The notes: generated by a model from the sequence alone, not told the origin. DNA of 64,000 nt from an uncultured Chloroflexia bacterium (GCA_963765765.1 CAVXYC010000023.1:192001-256000), one strand, 5' to 3'. Shown: positions 17,114 through 28,538, counted from the stretch's first letter. Program-made: numbers and translations.

Positions 17114-20020
17114 ATGGTCATTTCTCCGGAGCGCCATGTGGTCGGGTTGCCAACCGGAACGGTTACGTTCCTGTTTTCTGATATTGAAGGAAGTACCGTC
17201 CGCTGGGAGCATGCACCCGCGGCGATGTCGGTTGCCCTGGCACACCATGATGAAGTCATGCGCCAGTCCATTGAGTCTCGTTCTGGCGCCGTGTTCAAGA
17301 CGATTGGTGATGCATTCTGCGCGGCGTTCTCATCGCCCATTGATGCGATCGGCGCCGCCGCCAACGCCCAGCGTAGTCTCAATACCCATGAGTGGGTGGG
17401 CATTGAGCCGCTGCACGTGCGCATGGCCGTACACACAGGTGCTGCCGAGATTCGTGATGACGATTACTTTGGCCCACCGCTGAATCGCGTTTCGCGACTT
17501 CTCAGTACCGCGCATGGCGGGCAGGTGCTGCTAAGTCAGATCACCGCGGATCTCGTGCGCGATGAGCTCAATGACGGACTCATGCTTCTCGATCTAGGCG
17601 AGCATTTCCTGCGTGACATCGATCGCCCGGAGCGTATCTCGCAGCTTGCCGGTGAAGGGCTCGTTGAGTCCTTTCCACCGCTGCGTGCAAGCACCGTGCA
17701 CGTCAACAATCTTCCTCGAGCGCGAACAAAGTTCATTGCCCGCGAGAGTGAGCTCGAGCGGCTCCGCGAGCTGTTGCTCCGCGAGCGTGTCTCTCTGGTG
17801 ACCCTGACCGGACCGGGGGGAACGGGTAAGAGTCGCCTTGCGCTGGAGACCGCTGGACGACTCGCAGAGGAGTTCGAACACGGTGTGTGTTTTGTCCCGC
17901 TCTCGGCAGTAAGCGAAGCGGACATCGTGCCAACCGCGATTGCATCGGCGTTGGGGATCCCGGAGAGTGCGGCGGCCAGACCGCTGGATGGCGTCATCGG
18001 TTTTTTGGCCGGAAAGCGCTTGCTCATGGTGATCGACAATTTTGAGCAGGTCCTGGACGCGGCGTCGGTGCTGAGCGAGATACTCACCTCGGCTTCAGGC
18101 GTGAAGCTGCTGGTGACCAGCCGAGCATCGTTGCGCATCTCAGGTGAATATGAATTCCCGGTTGCCCCGCTGAGCGTTCCCGCGGATTCGAGCGTCACGG
18201 TGGACAGTGTCAATGTGTCGCCAGCTATGGCGCTTTTCGTAGATCGTGCCACTGCTGCGCGTCCCGGTTTCGTCATGGACGAGTCCAATGTGGCCGCCAT
18301 CGCAGAGATTTGTCGTCGACTGGATGGCTTGCCGCTGGCCATTGAGCTGGCGGCAGCGCGTATCAAGCTACTCTCGCCCGCGGCGATGCTGGCTCGTCTC
18401 GACCACCGACTCAACTTGCTGACCGGTGGCGCGCGCGATCTGCCCGAGCGCCAGCAGACGCTGCGCGGCGCGATCGACTGGAGCTACGAGCTACTGGACG
18501 AATCAGAGCGTCGACTCTTTCGCCGCCTGTCCGTTTTTAGCGGAGGCTGCACGCTGGAGGCGGCGGAGTACGTGGGCATCGGCCCGAACGATCCGGAGGA
18601 GATGGCGCCGGACATGCTGGACCTCGTGGCCTCTCTGCTGGACAAGAGTCTTATCCGCCAGGAAGAAGGCGAGCTGGAAGGGCGCTTCGGCATGCTCCAT
18701 ACCATCAGGGAATTCGGCTTGGAGCAGCTCGATGCGAGCGAATTCGATCGCGATGTTCGAGAGCGTCACGCCGAATATTTCCTGCAGCTCGCGGAAGCGG
18801 CGGCGCCCCAGTTAACGGGCCGGCAGCAATCGGAATCGCTCCGCCAGTTTGCTGTGGAGCATGACAATATTCGGGCGGCACTCGAAACGTACAAAGAATC
18901 CGCAAGTCATGAGCCTTTCGCGCGACTCGTGCTGGCAACGTGGTGGTTCTGGTATCTGCGCGGTCACTTACTCGAGGGTCGACGTTGGGTGGGTGAAGCA
19001 ATGGCAGTCCTGGGGGAGGATGATCGCAGCCCCTACAGCGCGCGGTTAGCCCTTGCATCAGGCTCATTGGCGGTGCTCCAGGCTGACTTTCCGCACGCTG
19101 AGCGAGTGTTGGAGCGCGGCTGGTTACTGACGCAGGAGCACGACGACCCGTGGTTGGCCGCACGCATTCTCGCGGTTCGCGCTCAGGCCGTCGGCTGGCA
19201 TGCCAATCAGCGCGACGCAGTGGACATGCTACGCCAGGCTGAGCGGGAACAGCGTCGGCTCAATGATCGCTGGGGGCTGGCGCTCACGCTGATGTTCCGA
19301 TCAATGCGGAGCTGGGCACTACGCGAGCGGACGGCGGCGGAGGAGTACGCCCAGGAAAGCACCAGCATATTCCAGGAGCTTGGGGATGAATGGGGCGCAG
19401 CGCTCTCCCCTGCAGTGCTTGCCCGTATTGCGATGGAGGAAGGCCGCTTCGAAGATGCGCGCGCGCATCTTAATAGAGCCTTGCGCCGTTGGACGCAGAC
19501 CGGGGATCGGTGGGCCCTGGGGCATGTGCTCAATGGCAAGGGCGACATCGCTCGCCTCGAGCGAAATTTCCAGGAGGCCGAGGCTCGCTACACCGAGAGC
19601 CTGGACATCTTCCGTGGATTTGGCAACAAGAACGGTATGGCCAGCGCACTGCACAATCTGGGGTACGTCCGTCTTTACCAGGACGAGCCAGTGCAAGCGG
19701 AAGCGCTGTTCCGTGAAAGTCTTGGGCTCTTTCAGGACCTTGACGACCGTCGGGGCGTTCTGGAGTGCCTTGTGGGCCTGGCGTGTGTGTCCGCGCACCT
19801 GGGGAATGGGGAGCGAGCCGCCTATCTATTCGGTGCCGCGGAAGGCGAGATGGATGCGCTAGGCATGACCCGTGAGGTGTCGAACGAGCGCGATTACGAG
19901 GACGGTGTGGCGATCGTGAAGTCGTTACTCACGTCAGAAGAGCTGGAATTCGAGTGGGACCGAGGTCGCCGGCTCAACTACGAGCAGGCGCTGGATACGG
20001 CGCTTCACACCAAAGCGTGA
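17114..20020 (+). CDS. Class III adenylate cyclase - STAND ATPase - TPR protein
   Basis: LPTGTVTFLFSDIEGST, FKTIGDAF, NRVSRL; Walker A GPGGTGKS, IDNFEQ, LDGLPLAIELAA; C-terminal TPRs. Confidence 0.93.
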   Translation: MVISPERHVVGLPTGTVTFLFSDIEGSTVRWEHAPAAMSVALAHHDEVMRQSIESRSGAVFKTIGDAFCAAFSSPIDAIGAAANAQRSLNTHEWVGIEPLHVRMAVHTGAAEIRDDDYFGPPLNRVSRLLSTAHGGQVLLSQITADLVRDELNDGLMLLDLGEHFLRDIDRPERISQLAGEGLVESFPPLRASTVHVNNLPRARTKFIARESELERLRELLLRERVSLVTLTGPGGTGKSRLALETAGRLAEEFEHGVCFVPLSAVSEADIVPTAIASALGIPESAAARPLDGVIGFLAGKRLLMVIDNFEQVLDAASVLSEILTSASGVKLLVTSRASLRISGEYEFPVAPLSVPADSSVTVDSVNVSPAMALFVDRATAARPGFVMDESNVAAIAEICRRLDGLPLAIELAAARIKLLSPAAMLARLDHRLNLLTGGARDLPERQQTLRGAIDWSYELLDESERRLFRRLSVFSGGCTLEAAEYVGIGPNDPEEMAPDMLDLVASLLDKSLIRQEEGELEGRFGMLHTIREFGLEQLDASEFDRDVRERHAEYFLQLAEAAAPQLTGRQQSESLRQFAVEHDNIRAALETYKESASHEPFARLVLATWWFWYLRGHLLEGRRWVGEAMAVLGEDDRSPYSARLALASGSLAVLQADFPHAERVLERGWLLTQEHDDPWLAARILAVRAQAVGWHANQRDAVDMLRQAEREQRRLNDRWGLALTLMFRSMRSWALRERTAAEEYAQESTSIFQELGDEWGAALSPAVLARIAMEEGRFEDARAHLNRALRRWTQTGDRWALGHVLNGKGDIARLERNFQEAEARYTESLDIFRGFGNKNGMASALHNLGYVRLYQDEPVQAEALFRESLGLFQDLDDRRGVLECLVGLACVSAHLGNGERAAYLFGAAEGEMDALGMTREVSNERDYEDGVAIVKSLLTSEELEFEWDRGRRLNYEQALDTALHTKA

Positions 20021-20135
20021 TACACACGTGACGCGTCCGGAAGTGCTTCCGCGAGGCGGAACGTACAAGCACTCGTTGAACAACGAGGGGCCAGGCATGC
20101 AATGTTGTGCTAGGATGCCGCGGCCTCACGTCATG

Positions 20136-20756
20136 ATGGTGCCCAATCACGTGCACGAGGTAGTACATTGCCGCTTCGCTTCCTGGGGCTGATTTCTGTA
20201 GTCGTGGCCGCACTCATTCTGGGCGTTGCTTCCGCATAAGCGGGCGACGATCCCTGTGCTGAGCCTAACGATCAGTCCGGCAGTCCGTGCACCCTTGAGC
20301 CCGATACTGAGGTGCAAGGCTTCATCGAGTCGTTCGACGACTGGGATGTGTACGCGATTAATGTCCAGGGCAATGGCGGCGCCCTCCGCGTCGACGTGAC
20401 TCCACCCGGGGTCTACCGCGTGGGTCTCTTTAGAACCGACGGTTCCGAGGCCGTGAAGCCGTTGGGGAGGGCGTGGCTCCTCGCCAATTCCGCGTTTTGG
20501 CGTGTCGGACGGGCGTTATTACATCCAGATCAATTCCGCGAGTGGCGATTTTAGTCCCAATCTGCCCTACAAGCTGTCGTACACGATCGAGTCGCAAGCA
20601 GCTGCAATGGCTGGAATTGAGCTAATCCAGGCCCGACCTCAGGATCTGGCTCTGCGGCTTGACGAGGCGGGCAAAGCGGCCAAGAAAACCAAGGATTCCA
20701 CCGGTACTTGGACATATGCCCGAAATGCTCTGGGCGGTGGCTCTCCAGGGTCGTAA
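20136..20756 (+). pseudogene. Disrupted secreted protein with PPC-like beta domain
   Basis: Signal-like LGLISVVVAALILGVASA then in-frame TAA, EPND...GFIESFDDWDVY, frameshift to GRYYIQI...PYKLSY. Confidence 0.45.
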
Positions 20757-20841
20757 TGAGCTCACACGAAAAGCGGCCAGCAGGTTTGCCATCCACAGAA
20801 CCTGCTGGCCGCATTTCGTCTCGAGGGAATGTGGTTCTTGA

Positions 20842-21954
20842 CTAGACTCCGTAGAGTGCTGAGGGGTTGTCTCTCAAGATATGCTCCGCGGTGGTTGAGG
20901 AGATGTCCTCTCGCGTTCGCATTTGAGTGACCAGGTGGACTTGTGCCGAAGGGTCGGCTGAGAGCCGATCGGTTGTCCCCGGTGTATGGTGCCCGTAATC
21001 AGTGCCGACCACAAGGTGATCTTCGCCGATGTACTTCATGAGGTACGGTAGATCTTCCTCAACTTCGTAGGAGATCCACATGTTGTATTTATCGAAGAGT
21101 CGAGGGCCCCAGAAATCCTCTTGCGCGCGAAGTGTTCCACGAAGCTGATACATCGCGAAGGGGACCCAGGAAGCGCCGGTCTCAATAAAGCCCCAGCGCA
21201 ATCGGGGGAACAGCTCCGGAACCTTGTTTGCTACCAGGTTACGGAATGCCACGATTGGAGGAAGCCGACCGTGAGTGAAGGTGTGGCTGCGGCGAATGTC
21301 AATGAGGTTATTGAGCGCCGGCGCACCCTGGCCCTGGTGGATGCAGATAGGTAACCCCAGTGACTGAGCCTCCTCGTAGACGGGAAAGAAATACGGATCG
21401 TCCAGTGTCTTATCGCCTTCGATTCCTCTGAAGAAGACACCGCAGGCGCCGTTCTCCTTACCGAAACGTAGCTCGGCGATGCTCGCATCGATATCACGGA
21501 GCGGCGGGATGACGACGTAGCGAACTTTGTTGTCAGCTTTGGACCAGACATCTGCCAGGAAGCGGTTGTAAGCCTTGCACAGCTCCACTTCGTACGGGGC
21601 GTCATGTGTGAGGTACGCCAGAAATAGGGTAGGGTAGACGACCTGAACGTCCACCTTGGTTGCCTTCATATCCTCGAACCGCATGGTGAGGTCAAGGAGC
21701 TCGCGTGCCTTGACATCTACTCGATCTCGAACGTTTGACTGCGAGGTAGGGGTGACCAGGAAGTTGCCGCCCCGGCCAGCGGGTTTGGGATAAATCTGCC
21801 CATCGATAAGCCACATCCGGTCGACGCCACCGTAGAGCGTATCGTTGGGAACCTGGACCACGACAGGGCGGCGCGGATACCACGCCGGATCAAGAAAATT
21901 CCACATCTCCTGTGGTTCAGCGATGTGAGTGTCAGCGTCGATAACACTGGCCAT
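20842..21954 (-). CDS. Amidohydrolase family 2 protein
   Basis: IDADTH, YNRFLAD, PICIH, FIETGASW, GTDYGH. Confidence 0.92.
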   Translation of the reverse strand: MASVIDADTHIAEPQEMWNFLDPAWYPRRPVVVQVPNDTLYGGVDRMWLIDGQIYPKPAGRGGNFLVTPTSQSNVRDRVDVKARELLDLTMRFEDMKATKVDVQVVYPTLFLAYLTHDAPYEVELCKAYNRFLADVWSKADNKVRYVVIPPLRDIDASIAELRFGKENGACGVFFRGIEGDKTLDDPYFFPVYEEAQSLGLPICIHQGQGAPALNNLIDIRRSHTFTHGRLPPIVAFRNLVANKVPELFPRLRWGFIETGASWVPFAMYQLRGTLRAQEDFWGPRLFDKYNMWISYEVEEDLPYLMKYIGEDHLVVGTDYGHHTPGTTDRLSADPSAQVHLVTQMRTREDISSTTAEHILRDNPSALYGV

Positions 21955-23048
21955 GGCTCTACCTCCGGACCCGTTTAAAGCGTCAAGTGCACGGTCTCAG
22001 TATGGTCGGCATGAGATGGGTCGTCAAGCGAAACGACGCTTCCACTCTGGTCCGGTGAACACGGCACCGTACAGCGACAGAAGGTGAGATAGCCCGTAGC
22101 GCGGTGGTCTTGCGCCATTGGAATGCTCGTCAAATCGCTGAGCTGAGGTGGCAGTCCCGGAGTGGGTTACAGAGACGGCCATCCAGCGAGACTTTCACGG
22201 TAATGCCGACGAACGAAATGGCCCCCGTGGCACCTGTCGCGGCGGCTATCGCGAAGAGCTCGTTCGAATCGGCCGCTGACACGCAGACCGCTGCGTGGGC
22301 CATCCCATCGATAGCGACTGTGCTCCCTGATGCCGTCGGCGACAGCTCATTTGTCGGAATAGGGCGCTCGCGGAAGTCGCCGACAGCGTGGATGCAACTC
22401 GCAGAGCTTATTGGTCCCGAGGTGGCATTGTGACGCTCGAAAGATCGGCTATTGACGCGATGTAAGTGAGGAAGGATTCGCCATTCCGCTCGACCAAATA
22501 CATCAAGCGGTCGGCGCGGAGCTCATCGGCCGCGTCGACGCCATGCTCCAAGTCCAAGCTAGTAGTGATGCCCGAAGCGCAATCCCCGATACCGCTCTCA
22601 ACGGGCAAGTCGTTCGAGCCACCCCATTGTTGCAAGGGCCAGCTTCCCAGACCCTTGGTTCGATGCCATTCAGCCCCGCTCAGGCGTCTTCTCGGGAACA
22701 ACGGGGATATCCACGCTTAACCAGTACATAACTGCATTAGTCGGAGACTTGCCTATGGCAGGACTTCTCCGCCATAAGGTCACTTTGACCGCGGCATAAG
22801 GGACACTGCGCCGGTATCCGGTCGGAGAACCGCGCATAACTTTGCACGAAACGAATGTACTGTTCTGGTTGTTCGCCCGTTACAGTGATAATTACGCGGA
22901 ACTCGCAGGTGCTTCCAAGGTAGCGTTTGTACGCTGAGATTGTTGTGCCTTCGGCTATCCAGAGATATGCTCTGGTGGGCGAGGCTCACCCTTTTCTTGA
23001 AGTTCAGGGAGCCTCCAATTGATCTCGTCCGTTCCGCTACCGAACAAT

Positions 23049-23861
23049 ATGACTTCTGAATTCGTCCCGTTGCGCCCAATGCTCCACGCGATGGAATCAA
23101 CTGTTCCGCCTCTCGATTCGATCCTGCAAGAGTTCGAGGGCTCTAGTCTGGAACAGCTAGACCGAGTGGCGCTTTTGAATCGCATCGACACTAAGTTTCT
23201 GCTTGCAGAATCGGTAGCGCTCTCAATTCTGCCTGAGCTTCTTGAAAGTTATCGTATGCTGGACATCCGAGGTATTCGACAGCATCGATATCGCACCATC
23301 TATTTCGATACGCCGCTGTGGCATCTCTACGAGCAGCATCGAACCGCGCAGATTATCCGTCATAAGGTCCGGAGTCGTGCCTATCTCGATAGCGGCACTT
23401 CTTTCCTGGAGGTCAAGTCCAAAGACAATCAGGGACGTACCATTAAGGTCCGCACTGCTACTCCTGAGCTCATGATTGAGCTCACGCCCGCAGGAGTTGA
23501 GTTCGTGGCTCCTTTCCTGGAGCTTGACGCGGCATCCCTGCACCTGGTTCTTCAGAATGAGTTCACACGGATTACCCTCGTGCACAAGGAAGACGCTGAG
23601 CGGCTGACTCTGGACTTCGGGTTGCGATTCGAACACAACGGAATGGGCTTCTCCCTTCCAGGCGTTGTCATTGCCGAGGTAAAGCAAAGCGGATTGAATC
23701 CCGAGTCGCGGTTCCTGCAGTCAATGACAGCCATTGAAGAGCCGCCCAGCAGCGTGAGCAAATATTGTGTTGGGGTCGGTCGTCTCTATCCGGACATCGA
23801 CAGCGAGGCATTCGGCACGAAACTCACGGCGCTTGACCTACTGAGAGCCACGGAATCCTGA
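23049..23861 (+). CDS. VTC / polyphosphate-polymerase-domain (CYTH-like) protein
   Basis: LLNRIDTKF, YRTIYFDT, KVRSRAY, FLEVK, ERLTLD, IAEVK, SKYCVG; start uncertain. Confidence 0.88.
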   Translation: MTSEFVPLRPMLHAMESTVPPLDSILQEFEGSSLEQLDRVALLNRIDTKFLLAESVALSILPELLESYRMLDIRGIRQHRYRTIYFDTPLWHLYEQHRTAQIIRHKVRSRAYLDSGTSFLEVKSKDNQGRTIKVRTATPELMIELTPAGVEFVAPFLELDAASLHLVLQNEFTRITLVHKEDAERLTLDFGLRFEHNGMGFSLPGVVIAEVKQSGLNPESRFLQSMTAIEEPPSSVSKYCVGVGRLYPDIDSEAFGTKLTALDLLRATES

Positions 23862-24361
23862 ACAGCGTCTCACTGTACAGACCGTTGGAAAGAAGCACCA
23901 TGGCAGTGAGCCCGCCCTGCCCAGTGACCGTAAGTCAGTCGCGCGGTTGAGGTCTGATATCCGTTAGATCGAGCGCGTCGCTAGACCCTGGTGAGCGTGG
24001 GGCGCCCAGAAGGGTTGCCACTCGGCGCCCTCGTGCAAGTAATCCAAGCTCCCCGTCATGACAGTTTCGCTGTCGGTAAAGTCATGACGCATCAAACATC
24101 TCACCATCTTCACGCCACGAGCCGACGAAGGCGCCAGGTTGTTATTGCGCGTTTTCCGCGGTATTCGCCGATGCCGATATCGAGTTGATTGACTTCTAAT
24201 CGGAATCAATGAGGCCTCCTCTCGTTCAATCGTTCTTTAGAGGAGACCCTCGGATGGAAACTGCCTTTCCACAGCGCTCCAAGCTGTTTCCAAGGAACGC
24301 CTCGTAGAGTGTTGCCGCGGGTTGACATGTCCCGTGTATTAGACAAACTAGGAGAGACATT

Positions 24362-25042
24362 GTGAAATCGGTACGATGGGCGTTCCTGTCCGCCATCGGA
24401 TTCATTGCCGTTATTGGAACCATTGCATTCGCGACGGGGCAGACGGCTAGCGGATCCGCGAACGTGGGTCAGCAAGCGGCGCTGGCGCCGGGATCGACAG
24501 CCGACAGCGCCGATAAGCAGGCACTCCAGATTATCGCGGCGGAGTCAGAAGCGCGATTCGTCATCGATGAAGTACTCGCGGGCTCGCCGAAGACAGTTGT
24601 GGGCGCGACACATGAGATTTCAGGCCATGTCAACATCGATTCAAAGAGGGCAGACGAGGCCTCGGGCGTGATCGTTATTGATGCACGGACATTCAGCACG
24701 GATAGCAGTCAGCGGGATCGGGCCATTCAAAGCTTTGTGCTCAAGACGAATCAGCATGAGGTGGTGAGGTTCACACCGACTCGGCTTACGGGCCTGGACA
24801 GCGCGGTTATCGGCGAGACTGTTCCGATGACGATTGGCGGCAACCTCACCATAGGTGGAGTCGAGCGCCCGGTCAATTTCGATGCGCTGGTGACTCGGGA
24901 AACCCCCGGCCGAGTCTCAGGCAACGCTAGTACGGTCATTCGGTACGCCGAGTGGGGCATCGCAATACCGCAGGTTCCGCTCGTGTCGAGCGTCGCGGAC
25001 AATGTCCGGTTGGAGATCCATTTCTCAGCAGCGGCCGCGTAG
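24362..25042 (+). CDS. YceI family protein (exported)
   Basis: SEARFVIDEVL, TDSSQRDRAI, GNLTIGGVERPV. Confidence 0.85.
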   Translation: MKSVRWAFLSAIGFIAVIGTIAFATGQTASGSANVGQQAALAPGSTADSADKQALQIIAAESEARFVIDEVLAGSPKTVVGATHEISGHVNIDSKRADEASGVIVIDARTFSTDSSQRDRAIQSFVLKTNQHEVVRFTPTRLTGLDSAVIGETVPMTIGGNLTIGGVERPVNFDALVTRETPGRVSGNASTVIRYAEWGIAIPQVPLVSSVADNVRLEIHFSAAAA

Positions 25043-25141
25043 GCTGGCTCCAATCCCGCAACCGCGCGCACGCTCGAATCATCTTGGCAGAGATAAGCCC
25101 GAGTGTCTGAAGGCACTCGGGCTTGCGTGTCCGCCTGTACG

Positions 25142-25483
25142 CTAAAGGATTTCGAAGGTGCCCTCGACCGGGTACCAATCCTTAACGCCCGAAGCGATTC
25201 CAACCATGTGATGGTTCTTGAAGTTCAGGGCGACCGTCAGCGTATAGCCTGATGCGCCGAGGTAGGAGACGAGATAGACGTCGTCTGACACCTGGACCGC
25301 TGAGTACTCCTTCTCGCGGGTCCACTTCTCGCCCTTCTTCGCGTTCGAGGCGCGGTACTCCACAGAGCCGTCCTCATGGAACTCGTGATCGTGGCTGGAC
25401 CCCTTCGTGGGTCCGTCCTGCCATGTGAATCGGATCTTCTTTCCGCGGACGGCGTCCGCTAATTGCACTGTGGCTACTGCCAT
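25142..25483 (-). CDS. MoaF N-terminal / lipocalin-like beta-barrel protein
   Basis: RFTWQDGPT...YSAVQVSDDVYLVSY..GYTLTVALNF. Confidence 0.6.
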   Translation of the reverse strand: MAVATVQLADAVRGKKIRFTWQDGPTKGSSHDHEFHEDGSVEYRASNAKKGEKWTREKEYSAVQVSDDVYLVSYLGASGYTLTVALNFKNHHMVGIASGVKDWYPVEGTFEIL

Positions 25484-25708
25484 GATTCTCACTCCCGCGA
25501 CAGACCAGTTCGTATCCCTGGAATGCCTCTATGAGATGGAGTAGTGGGTCGCAATAGGCATGCCGCGCGCTGCTGGCTCCTGGTCGCATAAGGTCGGTTT
25601 CAGAGCCCGATCGTGCTACCCTGCATCGCGCGCAATTTGTTTGGAGAGCGATGAGCGTCGCTCCAACATGAGAAAGAGCCGCTCCCAACGATGGTGGAGG
25701 GTACCAGT

Positions 25709-27070
25709 ATGGATGCAACTACACGATTGCTCGCGTCATACGCAGCGGATATCTCCTATGACGCGCTCACGCCATCGGCAATCCACGAGTGTAAGCGCCG
25801 CATTATTGATACGCTCGCGTGTGCCACGGCCTCGTTTGACGCTGAGCCCGTGGCCATCGCACGCCGTATGGCTCGATCTCGCTCCAGTACGCATCCTTCA
25901 AGGGTGCTGGGCGACGGAACTCGTACCACGCCCGAGCAGGCGGCGTTTGTGAATGGGGCGATGGTGCGGTTCCTGGATTGGAACGACACCATCATTGCCG
26001 AGGGCTCTGGGCATCCGAGCGACGCGTTCGGTGCCGTGTTAGCGATAGCGGATTACCGTGGGCTGGGCGGACGCGAGGTCATGCTAGGCACGGTCGCGGC
26101 GTACGAGATGTTCCGAGCGATTGCCGCCCAGGTGAACTTACGTGAGCGCGGCTGGGATCAAAGTCTTTATCTCGTACTTGGTGCAGCGGCGGCCGCGGGC
26201 CGCATTCTGGGACTGACTAGCGATCAGCTTGGTCAGGCGATCTCCATCGCGGTCACAGCCAACATTGCTACTCGCCAGACGCGCGCCGGCGAGCTAAGCA
26301 TGTGGAAAGGCCTGGCTACACCGCTGGCTGCCAGCAATGGCGTCCTGGCGGCAATGATGGCAGCCGCGGGAATGGCAGGGCCCACAGAAGCATTTGAAGG
26401 ACATCACGGCATCTGGGACCAGGTGACTGGCCCGCTCACTCTGGGACCTCTTGGAAACCAAGGCGGCCAGCCGTTCGCCATTGAGACGTCTCACTTGAAG
26501 TTTTACCCGGCCGAAGCGCATTCGCAGGTGCCAGTTCAGATGGCAGTTGCACTGCGGGGCAAGGTCGCCATGGAAGACATTGAAAGCATCCACGTAAGCA
26601 CATACTGGATGACCTACAGCGAAATTGGGAGTGAGACGGCAAAGTGGGATCCACGCACGCGTGAGACCGCGGACCATAGCTTGCCGTATTTGATGGCTGT
26701 GGCGCTGCAGGACGGCACTATCGGCACTCGAAGCTTTGAGATGGAGCGCATTCTGGATCCAGAGCTTCGGCCAATCATGCAGCGCATCACGGTTAGTGAG
26801 GATCCGGAGCTCACAGCAAAGTTTCCGACGACCATGACGAGCCGCATTGATGTGCGGACTCGCTCCGGTGAGCGAATCACCGATGAGGCGAGCTACCCCA
26901 AAGGCCATCTCCAGAATCCGATGTCAGATGAGGAGGTTGCCGCCAAGTTCATGCAGGCATGCACGCCGCGCTTGGGCGAGACGCGTGCGCGGCATGCTCT
27001 CGCGCTCCTCTGGGATCTGGAGAACCAGGTAGGCCTCGACGCGCTGTTCTCCGCGTTCGCCCAAGCGTAG
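25709..27070 (+). CDS. prpD: MmgE/PrpD family protein (2-methylcitrate dehydratase-like)
   Basis: VRFLDWNDT...GHPSD, LSMWKG, ETADHSLPY, PKGHLQNPMSD. Confidence 0.88.
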   Translation: MDATTRLLASYAADISYDALTPSAIHECKRRIIDTLACATASFDAEPVAIARRMARSRSSTHPSRVLGDGTRTTPEQAAFVNGAMVRFLDWNDTIIAEGSGHPSDAFGAVLAIADYRGLGGREVMLGTVAAYEMFRAIAAQVNLRERGWDQSLYLVLGAAAAAGRILGLTSDQLGQAISIAVTANIATRQTRAGELSMWKGLATPLAASNGVLAAMMAAAGMAGPTEAFEGHHGIWDQVTGPLTLGPLGNQGGQPFAIETSHLKFYPAEAHSQVPVQMAVALRGKVAMEDIESIHVSTYWMTYSEIGSETAKWDPRTRETADHSLPYLMAVALQDGTIGTRSFEMERILDPELRPIMQRITVSEDPELTAKFPTTMTSRIDVRTRSGERITDEASYPKGHLQNPMSDEEVAAKFMQACTPRLGETRARHALALLWDLENQVGLDALFSAFAQA

Positions 27071-27397
27071 CTGGCGTTCTCCCGGTAGGGGTAAGCAGCC
27101 GCCTAGAGATCCGTCGCCCGCACTTCTGTGCAGCGGCCTATGAGCTCGACTGACGATGACCCTGCTCAGCGATCCTATCGATGATTTCGGCTGCCCGATC
27201 GTCTGCTGGTTGAGCATCTAGCGCGCTCATCATAACTCCCGGCGGCCAGTGGTCCCGGCGTCGCGAGTATGCCGTTGAGTGAGGCAAGAACCTGGACCGC
27301 GGCGGCTTGACCGCTGTTGAGCCGGCGGGCGGCCGAATGCGTATGCGTTCCGCGCTAGCAGAAAGCGCGAAGACCGCTGCGATCCAGAAAGGCAGGC

Positions 27398-27598
27398 TTA
27401 GTTCAGCTCAGGCGCTTTCACCGACTCGAACGTGTCCTGATTCACGAAGCGAAAAAGCCTTGTTCCTTCCACTTCGGCAACCAGGGCAAACCGCGTCTGC
27501 TTCTTACCGCCCGAGGTCTCGCGAGTGAAGCGTTGTTTCTTCACCTGATTCTCATTCACGTTCACCTTTGACTTCGTCTTCACGTTGTAGAACTCCAT
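27398..27598 (-). CDS. Small basic beta-rich protein (CC1/DUF5679-like, putative DNA-binding)
   Basis: GGAGG RBS; MEFYNVKTKSKV...TRFALVAEVEGTRLFRFV; 13 K/R in 66 aa. Confidence 0.65.
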   Translation of the reverse strand: MEFYNVKTKSKVNVNENQVKKQRFTRETSGGKKQTRFALVAEVEGTRLFRFVNQDTFESVKAPELN

Positions 27599-27755
27599 CC
27601 ATTCCTCCACGTTGGCAGGCATTCAATTGCTTAGTCCGCAGGGTCAGTGCCAACTGGGCTGATGGAATTGTTCTAGAGCGGCTGACCGCATGAGGAAGTC
27701 GCCTGCAACGGGGGTCAGCCTCCGGTTAGAGCTTTTCCACTACCACCTGCGCGGA

Positions 27756-28538
27756 TCAGAGCCGCAGGGCCGACTCGTCGATCTCGAGCCAGATGGGGCA
27801 GTGATCGGAGCCCATGATATCGGGCGTGATGCCAGCCCCCTGAACGGCCGACATATGTTCCTCCTTCAAAAAGAAGTAGTCGATCCGCCAGCCGACATTG
27901 CGAGCCCGTGCGTTGAATCGCTGGTCCCAATATGTATACGCATCGCGCATATCAGGATAGAAATCCCGGTACGTGTCTACCCAGCCTTGGGCGAGCCAAT
28001 AATCGAGACACGCTCGCTCCTCCGGCAGGAATCCGGAAACTTTCGAGTTCTCCTTGGGCCGCGCAAGATCTATTTCCTGGTGCGCAGTATTGACGTCGCC
28101 GCCAAAAATCACGGGCTTGCCGGCCGCCATTCGCTCGTGGACCTGATCGAGAAAAGCCTCGTAAAACTCGATCTTATAAGCCACGCGCTCTGGTCCCCGG
28201 CCGCCATTGGGAAAATAAACGTTGTAAAGCTCAAATGCGCCGAAATCGGTGACGACAACTCGGCCTTCCGAGTCGAATCGCGGGATGCCGAGGCCAATGC
28301 GATGAGCTTGCGGCTCCTCACGACAGAAGGTCGCCACGCCGCTATAGCCTTTTTTCTCAGCTACGGCCCAGTAGCTGTGATACCCCAAAGGCACGAGGAT
28401 CTCATCGCCAAGGGCGGCCGGGTCTGCTTTGGTCTCCTGGATACACAGGACATCTGGCCGCGTTTGGTCCAGCCACTCAAAGAAGCCCTTTCGAGCTACG
28501 GCCCGAATGCCGTTGACGTTCCAGCTAACGATGCGCAT
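27756..28538 (-). CDS. xth: Exodeoxyribonuclease III
   Basis: MRIVSWNVNGIRA, LCIQETK, GYSGVA, YFPNG, GDVNTAH, GWRIDY, SDHCP. Confidence 0.96.
   Translation of the reverse strand: MRIVSWNVNGIRAVARKGFFEWLDQTRPDVLCIQETKADPAALGDEILVPLGYHSYWAVAEKKGYSGVATFCREEPQAHRIGLGIPRFDSEGRVVVTDFGAFELYNVYFPNGGRGPERVAYKIEFYEAFLDQVHERMAAGKPVIFGGDVNTAHQEIDLARPKENSKVSGFLPEERACLDYWLAQGWVDTYRDFYPDMRDAYTYWDQRFNARARNVGWRIDYFFLKEEHMSAVQGAGITPDIMGSDHCPIWLEIDESALRL

Noticed and set aside
22100-22720. Possible decayed beta-propeller gene on the minus strand
   Set aside because: Only vague beta-rich fragments; no convincing motif or start.
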